Assembly: GCF_001194135.2 (NCBI RefSeq)
Contig: NC_069002.1
Location: forward strand, 17,009,423-17,073,422
Length of the DNA stretch: 64,000 nt
Direction: 5' to 3'
Origin: Octopus bimaculoides
Lineage: Eukaryota
The translations under genes were made by a program, and so were the position numbers. Below the pieces are notes generated by a model, which saw only the letters and a program-made list of their open reading frames with translations, was not told the origin of the DNA and made no database searches. This document shows, one piece after another, positions 37,693 through 49,918 of the stretch (positions within the stretch are counted from its first letter, which is position 1; the number at the start of each line of letters is the position of its first letter).

Positions 37693-38090
37693 CAGAAACA
37701 AGACAACAATGTACATTAGAGATGGGAGAGAGGGTAAGTGGACACTGGCAGTAATATGACAGAAACAAGACAATAATGTACATTAGGATAGGAGAGAGGG
37801 TAAGTGGACACTGGCAGTAATATGACAGAAACAAGACAATAATGTACATTAGGATAGGAGAGAGGGTAAGTGGACACTGGCAGTAATATGACAGAAACAA
37901 GACAATAATGTACATTAGGATAGGAGAGAGGGTAAGTGGACACTGGCAGTAATATGACAGAAACAAGACAATAATGCACATTAGGATAGGAGAGAGGGTA
38001 AGTGGACACTGGCAGTAATATGACAGAAACAAGACAATAATGCACATTAGAGATAGAAGAGAGGGTAAGTGGACACTGGCAGTAATATGA
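37693..38090. repeat. 66-bp minisatellite, about 6 copies (TAF1B intron I-J)
   Basis: Unit starts at 37693, 37760, 37826, 37892, 37958 and 38024. This explains the 22-aa repeat ORFs in the track. Confidence 0.97.
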
Positions 38091-38584
38091 GGAGAAAAGC
38101 TCAGCAATGCTATACCAACAAGCTAAAATAGAACATGGGGATTTGAGACAGGACGCTCAGAGATTGTGGAAGTCACACACATAATAGAAAATAGACTGAG
38201 CCTTGACAGAAAATGTGACTGGAGTAATGACATCCTCTCACTCCACCCTGCAACCTGACAACTGAAGAATAGGAAAAGAAAAAAGACACAGGTACAAACA
38301 GGGTAATATACAAATCCATACACATGCACACAAGACACACATACACATACCAAACACATCGACACACACAGAGACGCAGATGCAGATAGGGATACATACT
38401 ACTGAAAGACAAGATGAAATAGACAGGACAAGACCAGAGGGAAGAGGAAACATGAAGAACAGACAGTCATTGAAGAGATCACAGAATGTTATGAAAGAAC
38501 TCTGACAAATAAACTAATAGTTATACTAAATCTAACATGAAGATCAAATAAACAGAGCAGGTGTTTATTAGCAAAATGACTTAC

Positions 38585-38622
38585 ACTCAAGCACAGCAAT
38601 ATCTCTTTCAACGATTTCACGT
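38585..38622 (-). CDS. TAF1B: TAF1B coding exon I (38-nt small exon): REIVERDIAVLE
   Basis: Acceptor tttgttttgcaagattctag, donor gtaagt. It is the only candidate I found that bridges phase 2 (exon H) to phase 1 (exon J). Little sequence homology to support it. Confidence 0.6.
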
Positions 38623-39433
38623 CTAGAATCTTGCAAAACAAATACATAAACAAAAATCATTTATTCTTATTAAATGAAATAATGGAAATATACATATTTG
38701 CCTGAGAAGGTTGGCAGCTCTCAATTACAAGATTATTTCTTCCTTATTCTGAGAAAAAGAAAATATCTACCCTATCACACCTTTCCTTTCTCCTTCATCA
38801 ACTGCAATTAGAAAAGCTTGAAGGGGAATGAGAGATATTCATGAACAGTTTATTGTTGTTTCGCTCCATTTCATCTTTCTCATTACTTTTTCTCACTCTC
38901 TCTCAGTCATAGCTATTATTCTCACTACTTCTCCTTCACTGTATTAGTATTTCATCTCCTCTCCCTTCACCTCTCACTCAATGTGTAATAGACACGTATT
39001 TTTCCGACCACGATACAGTATGCATTTCATTACAATTATAATTTTTATGTTCAATTACAAAGTTCCTGTTTTACGTAGTGACTCCCAAAGACCTCTCGAC
39101 AGGTACTAGACAAGGTATATGGATTATTTTTCCATTTGGAAACAATCAGGTTCATTTTTAGTACTTTCGTTTTATGAGAGCAGTCGATTTTATTTCAGAT
39201 ATTCTCATTTTAAAAATCATCTCAGGTTAATCGTTAAGCAGACGTTGGTGTTGCATTGGCAGAGGTTTGCGCTCTCTGAGTGCTCTTGTTTTATATTAGA
39301 TTAAATCTAGAACCCCATGATCGTAAAGCAAACCAGCAATGCCTGTGCCCAGTGAATGTTTTTTTTACAGCCTTCTCCTCCGTAGATATTATTTGAAAAG
39401 AAACAAAAAATAAATTCTTTTAAAGATACTTAC

Positions 39434-39596
39434 CTTTCATTGATTCCATCGAGACGAAATAAGGTTTTTATAAGGATAATCACATAAGCCATTGCAAAAA
39501 GTTCCATTGGAGGTAAAGATTGCAAAGATTTGTGATTAATCTGGAAAAATTGTGTCCTTTCAGAGATTATATTCACAGCCAAACCATGTATATGTC
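39434..39596 (-). CDS. TAF1B: TAF1B coding exon H: HIHGLAVNIISERTQFFQINHKSLQSLPPMELFAMAYVIILIKTLFRLDGINE
   Basis: Acceptor atactttcattacag, donor gtaagt. Matches AVAIIVVVLKLLFLLDD. 163 nt. Confidence 0.9.
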
Positions 39597-40294
39597 CTGT
39601 AATGAAAGTATGAAATATAAGAGTAGGGGGAGAGAGATGAACAACAATAAGCAGACAGTCATTGAAGTTTTATCAAAAAACAGGAATGGAAACAGCAGCA
39701 ACATTTTAAGTCTTCAGAAGGCTGACCTCATAATTACACCTGAAAAATTCCTTTCCAAAGTGCAGGCCTGGGTAAGATATATTGTGAAAGACTAGCAGTT
39801 GTGCATTCAGGCAAATCTTGGCACTAGTAATTTTTTCCAACAGTAAGGCAGAGCTGATGCAGCTTGGCACCAGTGATATTGCAAGGCATTTGCAGTCAGA
39901 CTGCAGAGAACCAGAACAAATAGTGGAAGGCAGTTTCACAGTTGCTCTACTAATTTTGCCAATCCACTGACCTGGACTGGTACCTTTTTTTCTCCTGAAA
40001 GGATGAAAAACAGAGATAACTCAGAGGGATTTGCAAAGAATCAGAACAAATACCAGAAGGCATTCTATTTACTTTATTAATGTCTCAGCCAATTTACAGC
40101 CTTAGTAATAACATCTTGCCTCTGTTTCATTTACAGTAGAAGTCTCTTATTGTGATCGCTTTTGAATAAAGCCTTTTTAATAACAGTATTGAAAAGCTTA
40201 CCAAAGAAGTAGCAATAGAGAACAAGGGATTAGAGAGAGAATCAGTTAGCAGTTTTGAAAAGGGGATTAAAAAAAGGGTCACAATGGACATGTT

Positions 40295-40650
40295 TATTCT
40301 TTTACTTGTTTCAGTAATTTGACTGCAGCCATGCTGGGGCACTGCCTTAAAGAGTTCTAGTCGAAGAAATTGACCCCAGGACTTATTTTTGGTAAGCCTA
40401 GTGCTTATTCTATCAGCCTCTTTTTTTGATAAACTACTAAGTTATGGGGACATAAACATACCAACAACGGTTGTCAAGCGATGAAACACAGACACAAAGA
40501 CACACACAGATGTATGTGTATATATATATATATATATATGACAGGCTTCTTTCAGTTTCCATCTACCAAATTCACTCACTTGCTCATGAAGGGGGACTGA
40601 ACCTGGAACCATGTGGTTGAGAAGCAAGCTTTTTACCACATAGCCATGCC
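40295..40650 (-). mobile_element. SINE family A, internally deleted copy
   Basis: Tail, body and head words in reverse orientation. Confidence 0.8.
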
Positions 40651-41094
40651 TGTTTATAGACAATGGTATTCAACTATTACTCTGATGCAAAACATGAAGG
40701 TTGTGCTATCACAGCTAAGATGCATACGCTAACACACAAGGGCAAGAAAGCTATTTAACGGCCCCAAAGATATGAAGTAGCAATGAATTTGCAATAAGAG
40801 CTTTGATGGACTTTCCCATAGACACCAACAATTTGATTCAAAGATGAAATGTGCAGTTTTCCCACAGTTCTTTGTATAACTGCTCAGAGATAGTGATAGA
40901 CCAGAACCTGTGGACTTCACTGCCTACCTTGACAGCTTTCCACAACTTTCAGCAGAAAATGAGGAATATAACAAAGGCAGCTGAGACATGATCAGTGGTG
41001 CAAAGAGAAAAAAAAAATCATCTAGTTTGAACTGTCTTCCCTATAACTTTTATAAATACACACCATACTTGTTCATTCCTTTATTGACAGATAT

Positions 41095-41320
41095 CTTATT
41101 TCTTTATTGCCCACAAGGATCTAAACATAGAGGGGACAAACAAGGATGGACAAGGCATTAAGTCGATTACATCGACCCCAGTGCGTAACTGGTACTTTAT
41201 TTATCGAGCCCGAAAGGATGAAAGGCAAAGTCGACCTCGGCGGAATTTGAACTCAGAACGTAATGGCAGACGAAATAACAGTAAGCATTTCGCCTGACGT
41301 GCTAACGTTTCTGCTCGCCG
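41095..41320 (-). mobile_element. tRNA-derived SINE, family C
   Basis: Reverse B-box gagttcaaattcc and atcgaccccagt...gaaaggatgaaaggcaaagtcgac. Diverged copies at 6290-6420, 43590-43750 and 57320-57480. Confidence 0.75.
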
Positions 41321-41659
41321 CCTCGTTTTATTGATAGATATCTATCATGCCATTTGGCAGCAATGGCATGGTCCCACTACTGGGAGGGAGGAGAAAGTAC
41401 AACTGGATCTACATAAACTTTACAGGCACAGAAGTACCATTACTCAGCCTGCACAAAGCAATGAAACTGCTCTGCATGCACTCATTTAGTGTCTGAGTAT
41501 CACTGACTCGAGGAGTTATGTTAAACTGTTGTTGTCATGTATAGGACAGGGTCAGCCCTCAGCCTGCCAGCTTCCTTTGGCTGTGAAGGGCAAGTAGTTT
41601 TCATCTACCTGGTGGCCACAATGGGAAAGGCTGTATGGCAGATGAGAACAAAAGGACTA

Positions 41660-42167
41660 AAGACAGGCATATTCTTCTTCAGCCAAAACCATCATATTTT
41701 TCTGGTGTAAAATCATCCTCGCTGTCGCTGCTTTCAGAATCGCTGCTTTCAGTTTCGGATACAGAAATATCCGATTCATTATTGTTCACCACATACTTTT
41801 GTAGCTCATTCATTCTTTTCTTCGATATCTCCATATCTTCTGTTGAAAAACCTTCAAATTCGGAATCACTGCTTGATAGCATGAAACTCCTCTCCATCTT
41901 CAAAGTTGAAAAAAATTAACACCGCAAAAAATGTGGAAAAAAATCTTCCAAAATTCACTGAGTTCAAATATCACGCCAAACAATGTCGGAGACAATAACT
42001 CAACTGTTTGCAAAGTGAAATCAGGTGCTTTAACGAATGTACTAACGAGATTTGGGTTCAAATATACATTTAAATAACAATGGGTACACTCGGCCGGCTA
42101 TGGCCAGGTTAGTCTTATGAACCAAAAAATTTTTCAGCCGGCTACGGCCAGGTTAGTAATGAAAGGG
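41660..42167 (-). mobile_element. piggyBac 5' end with acidic transposase N-terminus
   Basis: TTAA-CCCTTT terminus at 42167-42171. ORF 41679..41903 (SSSDSEFEGFS...SDSESSDSEDD) is typical of piggyBac N-termini. Confidence 0.7.
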
Positions 42168-42344
42168 TTAAGGCCACAGTTAAATGACAGAAACAAGTGT
42201 CAGATATCAGTAGTTCCCTGTATTCAACTGTTTCATTTCATTCCATTTTGTACTTCTTTTGTTTTCCGTGCATAAAACCCTACTGTTTTACCCTGTGTGT
42301 AGCAAATGAAATAAATCCTTATAATTGTTATTAAATATACGCAC

Positions 42345-42474
42345 CTGGCAAATTTAACTGACAAATGCATTTGTGAACTAATTTCAAAACTGGTATCCTG
42401 GGAATATCACTAAGTTTCAAAAAGTAAATCAGTTGACCACACAACAAACGAATTCTTTTTGTGCTTGGAATATT
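42345..42474 (-). CDS. TAF1B: TAF1B coding exon G: NIPSTKRIRLLCGQLIYFLKLSDIPRIPVLKLVHKCICQLNLP
   Basis: Acceptor ttcactttctttctag, donor gtgcgt. Matches the FLDLPRFP...MEVNLP region. 130 nt. Confidence 0.88.
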
Positions 42475-43945
42475 CTAGAAAGAAAGTGAAAAGGTTGATA
42501 AATATGGAGACCTGAGAATTGAAATCGCTAAGATGTGGCAGCTACAAGAGTCAAGCATAAAGATTATCTCTATTGTCAGATAGTACATAGAGTACTATCT
42601 GTACTATCATACAGCATAAAGTACTATCTGTCTGAAGTCATTGTGACTTGATAAACAGTACAATATCTTCAATCAACAACCTTAGGATATTGTATACTGT
42701 GCGAGGTCATGCACTGTTTAACTTGATATGAGATCACCATGTCATGCACATATCAGATGGGTAGTCATGATGGGTATACTAGGTTTCATATATTTTACCC
42801 CAGTGTCACTTTGATGGCATACACTGCTCTCTCACTCAATAATAATAATTATTATTATATTTATTATTAGTTTTTCTTCTTTCAATTTTGTTTAAATTTC
42901 TTGCTGAGTGTCTTTCTGACGGATAGGGCAAAGAAACTCACTGTATACATTGGTAGGCCATTAAATTAAACACACCAGATCGTTCATTTGTAAAATCTAG
43001 TTATGTGAAAAAAAAAGAAAAAAAGGAAAGAAAGAAAAAACATTTATATGGATGGTAATCGTTCTCATATTGACAATGCTCTTCTCAATACATGTGATGT
43101 ACCAGTTAAAAGAAACTTTTGCACTTCTTACAGGGTTTGTAAGCCAGGGATCTTTCTCAAATAATTTTCAGTTCCTTTTTTGATCATTCTAATTGCTCCT
43201 ACAATCACTAGTATTGTAACCATCTTGAGATGCCATATTTTTTTGATTTCAATGAGCAAATCTTTATATTTTCTGAACATGTCAAATTCTTTTACTCAGA
43301 TATTATGATCACAAGGAATTCACATGTAGATTGTTATTATTATTATTATTGTTTCCAAAGGTGAATTATCCAAACCCCAAAGAATTCTTCTCAACACATG
43401 GCTATGATGCTCCCCCACTACTTCTGCTTTGAGCAGGATATTTGCAGTAGCCCATCTTTTATACCAAGACAAAACATGTACATGAGAGCCAGGGCCTGGT
43501 ACTGCATCGTCATCATCATTATTATTATTATTTTTATTATTGATATTATCACTATTATTTCTAGTAATAATAGTTTAAAATTTTGGCACAAGACCAGCAA
43601 TTTTGGAGGAAGGAATATGTTGATTACATTAACCCCAGTGTTCAACTGGTACTTATTTTATCAACCCTGAAAGGATGAAAGGCAAAGTCGACTGCAGTGG
43701 AATTTGAACTCAGAATGTAAAGACAAATGAAATGCTTTTTGCGTGCTAATGATTCACTTTTTATACAGCCTGAAATAAACTACATCAAAATAACAGTTGG
43801 GATTGTCCGAGCTGAAGTATCTTTGATCATAAGTTTAATGAATCAGTGCTGACAAGGGACTAAACGACAACACAGAGTAGAAGGTTAAAAGCAACATTCA
43901 CTCAAAGATTAACAGTGATGCGGTTAGCTTAAAAGTGATACTCAC

Positions 43946-44045
43946 AGGAGGGTTAAAAGTGACAGTATCTTCTGCAAAAAACTTGAAATCTTCAGGAAAC
44001 TGAGAAGACACATATAAGTAAGGAAGTTTGCCATTCTGAATCCAC
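43946..44045 (-). CDS. TAF1B: TAF1B coding exon F: WIQNGKLPYLYVSSQFPEDFKFFAEDTVTFNPP
   Basis: Acceptor gttttatcttag, donor gtgagt. Matches human FVEEDHIPYINAFQHFPEQMK. 100 nt. Confidence 0.9.
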
Positions 44046-44267
44046 CTAAGATAAAACATTGGTAATTTATCAACATGACATTTTAAGTGAAAGTTTCAAT
44101 TTAAATGGTTTTTAAACAGCAAGTTTGTATCAAAAAATCAAAATCAGTCTCATACAGGTTAGTATCAAAAGGGTTAACAGCGAAAAGAAAATAAGACCTG
44201 GTGAAAGATATTAATATTGAGGAGAGTGAGTATTCTCATGATGAATTTATAGCAGTAGCTAGATAGG

Positions 44268-44417
44268 TGAATGATCTCCCTTGCAAGAAAGATTATAGAG
44301 TAACCTCCCTTCCTAATCTTCTTGAATAATTAAGAATCACGTCTCATGACATAGATGCTTCGAGAAACTTAGGAAGGGAGGTTATTCTATAATCTTTCTT
44401 GCAAGGGAGATCATTCA
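44268..44417. repeat. 49-bp inverted repeat (48/49 identity), 52-nt spacer
   Basis: Arms at 44268-44316 and 44369-44417; the single mismatch is 44300/44385. Confidence 0.95.
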
Positions 44418-45770
44418 ACTAGTTAGATTTAACCCTTAAGAGATTATGATCAACAACTATGTTGTCATTTCATTTGCAAATACATACACTTGTGAATCTG
44501 GACTCAGTTTTCTTTTGTCAATCAAGACAAAATCTAGGAATCGCTTGAATCCACAAGCAGATGATCTGCAAATCACAATCAGTAAGAAAGTTCCATGTTG
44601 CCTTACTGGCACTTGTGCCGGTGGCACGTTAGAAAATCATTCAAGCAAGGTCATTGCCAGTGCTGCTGGACTGGCTCCTGTGCAGGTGGCACGTAAAAAA
44701 CACCATTTTGAGCGTGGCCGTTGCCAGTACCGTGTGACTGGCCCTCATGCCGGTGGCACGTAAAAGCACCTACTACACTCTCGGAGTGGTTGGCGTTAGG
44801 AAGGGCATCCAGCTGTAGAAACTCTGCCAAATCAGATTGGAGCCTGGTGCAGCCATCTGGTTCCCCAGTCCTCAGTCAAATTGTCCAACCCATGCTAGCA
44901 TGGAAAGCGGACGTTAAACGATGATGATGATGATGATGACATGAATGAAAAGCAAGAACAAAGAATTGAGTATTATGTTCACGATTGAGATTCATCTCTC
45001 TGATTAGGGTTTTTTCTAATTGTTCAATTAACATTCGCATTTTGATGTAATGAGTCAAAAGTTTATATTTTGAGTCCAATATGTTCACTTATATCAGTGC
45101 AGGTGTCAATTCAAAAAGGATAAATTGATAATTAGAGAAGAGATTCTTTCATCTTCATATGTGTATTCCTTTCACACTATCACACAAGCAGCGTCATTCA
45201 TTTCCAATATTCTACAGGAACATGTCTAGCCACTGGGAAATATTACCTTGTTTGGAAATAGGTGAAGATTAGCAACAGGAGGGCCATTCAGCAGTAGAAA
45301 ATCTGTCTCAATAAACTCTGTCCAACCCATACAAGCATGGAAAAGTTGAAGTTAAAATGATAATGATGATGATGATGATGATATCTCACATCTGCAGTAC
45401 AGTCAAAAACTAAAGTCCTCACTTAAAAGTAGAGCTACTATTGAATTCCTGGGGAAGGCAACAACAAACAGACACAACAATAAAAAGACAAAAACATACT
45501 ATATAAACAAAGAACACTCATCATCAGTTACCTATTAAAATATCTACATAGTTTGAAACATACATATACGTTCATACCTGTCTTTACATACAAAGACAGG
45601 ATGGTCATGACAGGAATGTCTTTCACCATAGATCTACTCCAACAGCGCTGACCCTGCAGCTATACAACTGCAGCAACAACAAAAACAACAGCAGCAACAA
45701 TAACAACAATGTTCTTTCTGTCTCCTGTTTCATATTCAGAAGGTAAAAAGAAATTCAAAAGACAACTAAC

Positions 45771-45983
45771 CTGACAATATCAGAGGGCATTGTGAGATTG
45801 TTGGTATACAAAAGGCCCAGGTAACAGAAAGCAATAGTTTTCGCCATAGACATCCGCGCAATATTGATGTATGTACTTCTGGTGAACCGGTAAGAAGAGA
45901 ACCTTCCTGAAGACTCAGGTGTCTCCTGACTTTGAGACATAAGCTTCACAACTGATGATCCACCTTTGGTCTTTGCCACATCT
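45771..45983 (-). CDS. TAF1B: TAF1B coding exon E: ...RMSMAKTIAFCYLGLLYTNNLTMPSDIV
   Basis: Acceptor ttttatgatttcag, donor gttagt. Matches the TAF1B motif MTMPQTLAFCYLSLLW..AITLSDLLR. 213 nt. Confidence 0.93.
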
Positions 45984-47107
45984 CTGAAATCATAAAAGTT
46001 TGATCAATGGGTTATATATACATATCATCATCATCATCATTTGACATCCATTTTCCATGCTGGCATATGCTGAACAGTTTGACAGGAGCTGGCCAGTCAG
46101 AGAGCTAACCAGGTTCCAATTGTCTGTTTTGATATGGTTTCGATGGCTGGATGCCCTTCCTAACGCAAACCACTTTACAGTATGCTGGATGCATTTTACA
46201 TCACACATTCTGTTATTGGTACAAAGAAAAAGAAAAAAAACCACTCCATCCAGCAAGAGACAAATATCACTTAAATGCAGGATTTAAATGCGAGCTATTA
46301 TAAATTTCATGAACAGATAGTATAGTACATGGCACACTATAAAAGCTTATTCAATTACTGTACTATCCCAGCATGAAACTTATAATAACTTAAATTTAAA
46401 TCCTATGTTTATTGAATTATGTACNNNNNNNNNNNNNNNNNNNNNNNNNNNNNNNNNNNNNNNNNNNNNNNNNNNNNNNNNNNNNNNNNNNNNNNNNNNN
46501 NNNNNNNNNNNNNNNNNNNNNNNNNNNNNNNNNNNNNNNNNNNNNNNNNNNNNNNNNNNNNNNNNNNNNNNNNNNNNNNNNNNNNNNNNNNNNNNNNNNN
46601 NNNNNNNNNNNNNNNNNNTATATATATATATATATATATGTATATAATGCCAAATCGAATTTCTGTGTGTCAGTGTGTCACACTTTGACTCCCTCTCTCA
46701 CTATTCAATGACACTTCTATTATTCCTCATGTTGGGGTGAAAGTAATAGTAGACATAGAGACAGTGAGGGTGGTAGTAGATTGATGGTTGTGATGGTAAT
46801 GGGGTGATAGTAATAGTATGAGTTGCTGTAGTTGTGACAGAGGTGGAGGTGACTGTGATGATGGTGGTGGTGGTGGTGGTGGTAGCCAAGGCAGTCAGGG
46901 ATGACGGTGAAAGACAGTGGTGATGGTGGTAGAGGAGAAGGTGTCAAGGTCAAAGGTGGCATCAGAAGTTATCTCTGATGTCAGTGGCATCAGAAGTTTG
47001 AATGGTGTGTGTATGGCACTTGCGGTGGTGATGGTGGTGGTACTGGTGATGATGACAGTTGAAAACAATCAACAGAAATGAGAGGGAGAGAGAGAGAAAG
47101 AAAGGTT

Positions 47108-48377
47108 TCAGGTGTGGAAGTAAGGATTAGAATTGAAGGGACTTAGCGTCAACCTAGCTAAAACCAAAGTCCTAATAAGTAGGAAGGCAGACAAACCACA
47201 AATCCCTTCAGGTAGATGGCCCTGCTCAATCTGTAGAAAAGGCATAGGTAGAAACTCCATAAGATGTAGCCAGAGTAAGCTATGGACACATAAGAGGTGC
47301 AGCAATATCAAAGGAAGGCTAACTGGGAAGATAGTTTTTGTATGTGGCAAATGCTCAGGAGCAATAAACACTGAAAATGTGCAGAGAACAACTTCTGCCA
47401 CATTCCAGGGAGAAAAACTAGAAGTAGTTGATAGCTTCCGTTACCTAGGTGACCAAGTCAGTAGTGAGGGTGGATGCTCTGAAAGTGTAGCTGCTAGAAT
47501 AAGAATAGCCTGGGCAAAGTTCAGAGAGCTCCTACCTCTGCTGGTGACAAAGGGCCTCTCGCTCAGAGTGAAAGGTAGATTGTATGACACATATGTACGA
47601 ACAGCCATGCTACATGGCAATGAAACATGGGCTGTGACTGCTGAGGACATGTGTAAGATTGCAAGGAATGAGGACAGTTGTGTGAAAAAGTGTAACGCCC
47701 TAGCAGTTGAGGGAACCTGTGGAAGAGGTAGACCCAAGAGGGCCTGGGATGGTGAAGCACGACTTTCGAGCATTGGACCTTACCGAGTCAATGACTAGTG
47801 ACCGAGACCTTTGGAGATATGCTGTGCTTGAGAAGACCCAACAAGCCAAGTGAGACCATAACCCGTGGCCTATGCTAGTGGGTGTAACCAGCCCACTTAT
47901 GAGTACCCTTCATTCATTGGACAATAAACTTTGCTTACAAAGACTTGTTGAGGCAAGGGAAATCAAAATCTCTGACGTGGCCAATAACAGTACCACCTGA
48001 TTGGCACTCCTGCCAATGGAACGTTAAAAGCACCATCCAAACGTGATCATTGCCAGGGCCACTGATTGGCTCCTGTGCTGGTGGCATGTAAAAAGCACCA
48101 TTTGAGCATGATCATTGCCAGCGTCGTCTTACTGGCACATGTGCTGGTGGCACATGAAAAACAAGATTCGAGTGTAGCCGTTGCCAGTGGCGCCAGACTG
48201 GCTCCTATGCAGGTAGCACATAAAAAGCACCTTTTGAGCGTGGTTGCTGCCAGAACCGCCTGACTGGCCCTCATGTAGGTGGCACGTAAAAGCACCCACT
48301 ACACTCTAAGAGTGGTTGGCATTAGGAAGGGCATTCAGCAGTAGAAACTTTGCCAGATCAGACTGGAGCCTGGTGCC
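47108..48377 (+). mobile_element. RTE LINE 3' fragment: RT C-terminus with Cys/His finger plus 3' UTR
   Basis: ORF 47133..47798: NLAKTKVL, CSIC...IRC...WTHKRCS...CGKC, VDSFRYLG, AMLHGNETW, GRGRPKRAW. Confidence 0.9.
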
Positions 48378-48584
48378 TTATAGAAAATTCCTACCTTTTA
48401 TATACATGTGAGTTAGTTGAAACGTTTCCTTGTGTTTTGGAAAGAAGATGTTTTGAGAATGGTTATATGAAATGCTCTGTTTTGGAAATGGTTAAATGAA
48501 ATGCTCATACTGGAAAATCTTTCATCTCTTAAAGTTTAATTAGTAAATTAAGTTTCAAAATTTATAATTTTATTTACCACTTAC

Positions 48585-48694
48585 CGAGATCTTGTTGGAA
48601 ATTTTATAATGAAAGGCTGCTCTCCATGGGCACTGTTATTGAATGCAATGTTGATTTTGGTAAGGTACTTAACCCACAAATCAAAGACTACATC
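48585..48694 (-). CDS. TAF1B: TAF1B coding exon D: DVVFDLWVKYLTKINIAFNNSAHGEQPFIIKFPTRS
   Basis: Acceptor cttcacttttag, donor gtaagt. Matches human DVLHNFWKRYL. 110 nt, phase 2 out. Confidence 0.9.
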
Positions 48695-48935
48695 CTAAAA
48701 GTGAAGAGAAACGGTTTTTTTGAAAATAAGAATTCTTCAAAACTGATTTAATGTATACTGAGCATCACAAATGAAATGACAGAGAATTAAGACTAATGGT
48801 GATATGCTGTAGAGCAGACCTGACTAGTTTGGACCAAGATGGAGGGGGGAAGAAAAAAAAAAACTGATGTAGAATTAGTACTCTCTCCTTTATTTTAAGA
48901 CTATAGGGAATGATATGTGGTTATGTGTACAACTC

Positions 48936-48988
<53 letters not shown>

Positions 48989-49499
48989 GAGAAGGCTGTG
49001 GAATTGAAACAAAAGACTTTGAAACCAACTCCTGTACTATTGGCACCTCCTCTTTATGTAATTAAGTGATGGTGGTCTACGTACCTCATAAAGCATATGC
49101 ATACACTTGTACTTTGAGTAGGCCCATTTGTTATAACTGGTTTATATTAACGAATAAAGATATTGTGATTTTTTTATATCATACCTATTCAATCTTCAAT
49201 ATTTTCTAACAGAATTAGAGACACAGTTTTTGAAAGGATATAGAAGAAATGACAATAAAAATAAAAATGCTCTAAATGTAAGACTTTTTACATGTATAGA
49301 CTGTAAATAAGAAATAAGTACATCACAAAAATAAAACTACTATCTAACCAGCTGAAATATAATCTTTGACAGGTTATAAAAGACATAACAAAAATAAAAA
49401 GTCTATAACATCAGATTTTATTAATTATATAGTCAGGAATACCCTAAGAAATGAAAAAAAAAAGTTCAATTGGTGTTAAGGTTTTTCATGAGTCAACTA

Positions 49500-49918
49500 C
49501 TCTCTTTACTCTTTTACTCGTTTCAGTCATTTGACTGCAGCCATGCTGGAGCACCGCCTTAAGTCGAGAAAATCGACCCCAGGACTTAATCTTTGGAAGC
49601 CTAGTACTTATTCTATCGGTCTCTTTTTGCCGAACCACTAAGTTACGGGGACGTGAACACACCAGCATCAGTTGTCAAGCGATGGTGGGGGGACAAACAC
49701 AGACACACAAACACACATACATATATATACACATATATATATATATATATATATACATATATACGTCAGGCTTCTTTCAGTTTCCGTTTACCAAATCCAC
49801 TCACAAGGCTTTGGTCAGCCCAAGGCTATAGTAGAAGACACTTGCCCAAGAAGACACTGAACCCGGAACCATGTGGTTGGTAAGCAAGCTACTTACCACA
49901 CAGCCATTCCTGCACCTA
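49500..49918 (-). mobile_element. SINE family A inserted at the 3' end of the hAT transposase
   Basis: Full family A structure abutting the ILFLRT codons. Confidence 0.85.

Noticed and set aside
37693-38090. CRISPR-like array
   Set aside because: The units are near-identical end to end with no unique spacers, there are no cas genes, and the context is a eukaryotic intron.
38700-38750. Strong acceptor (ttttctttttctcag) as a further TAF1B exon
   Set aside because: All three frames hit stops within 8 codons.
37693-48300. Shared 66-nt period of the intronic minisatellite and the RTE 3' UTR units
   Set aside because: No sequence similarity between the two units, so treated as coincidence.
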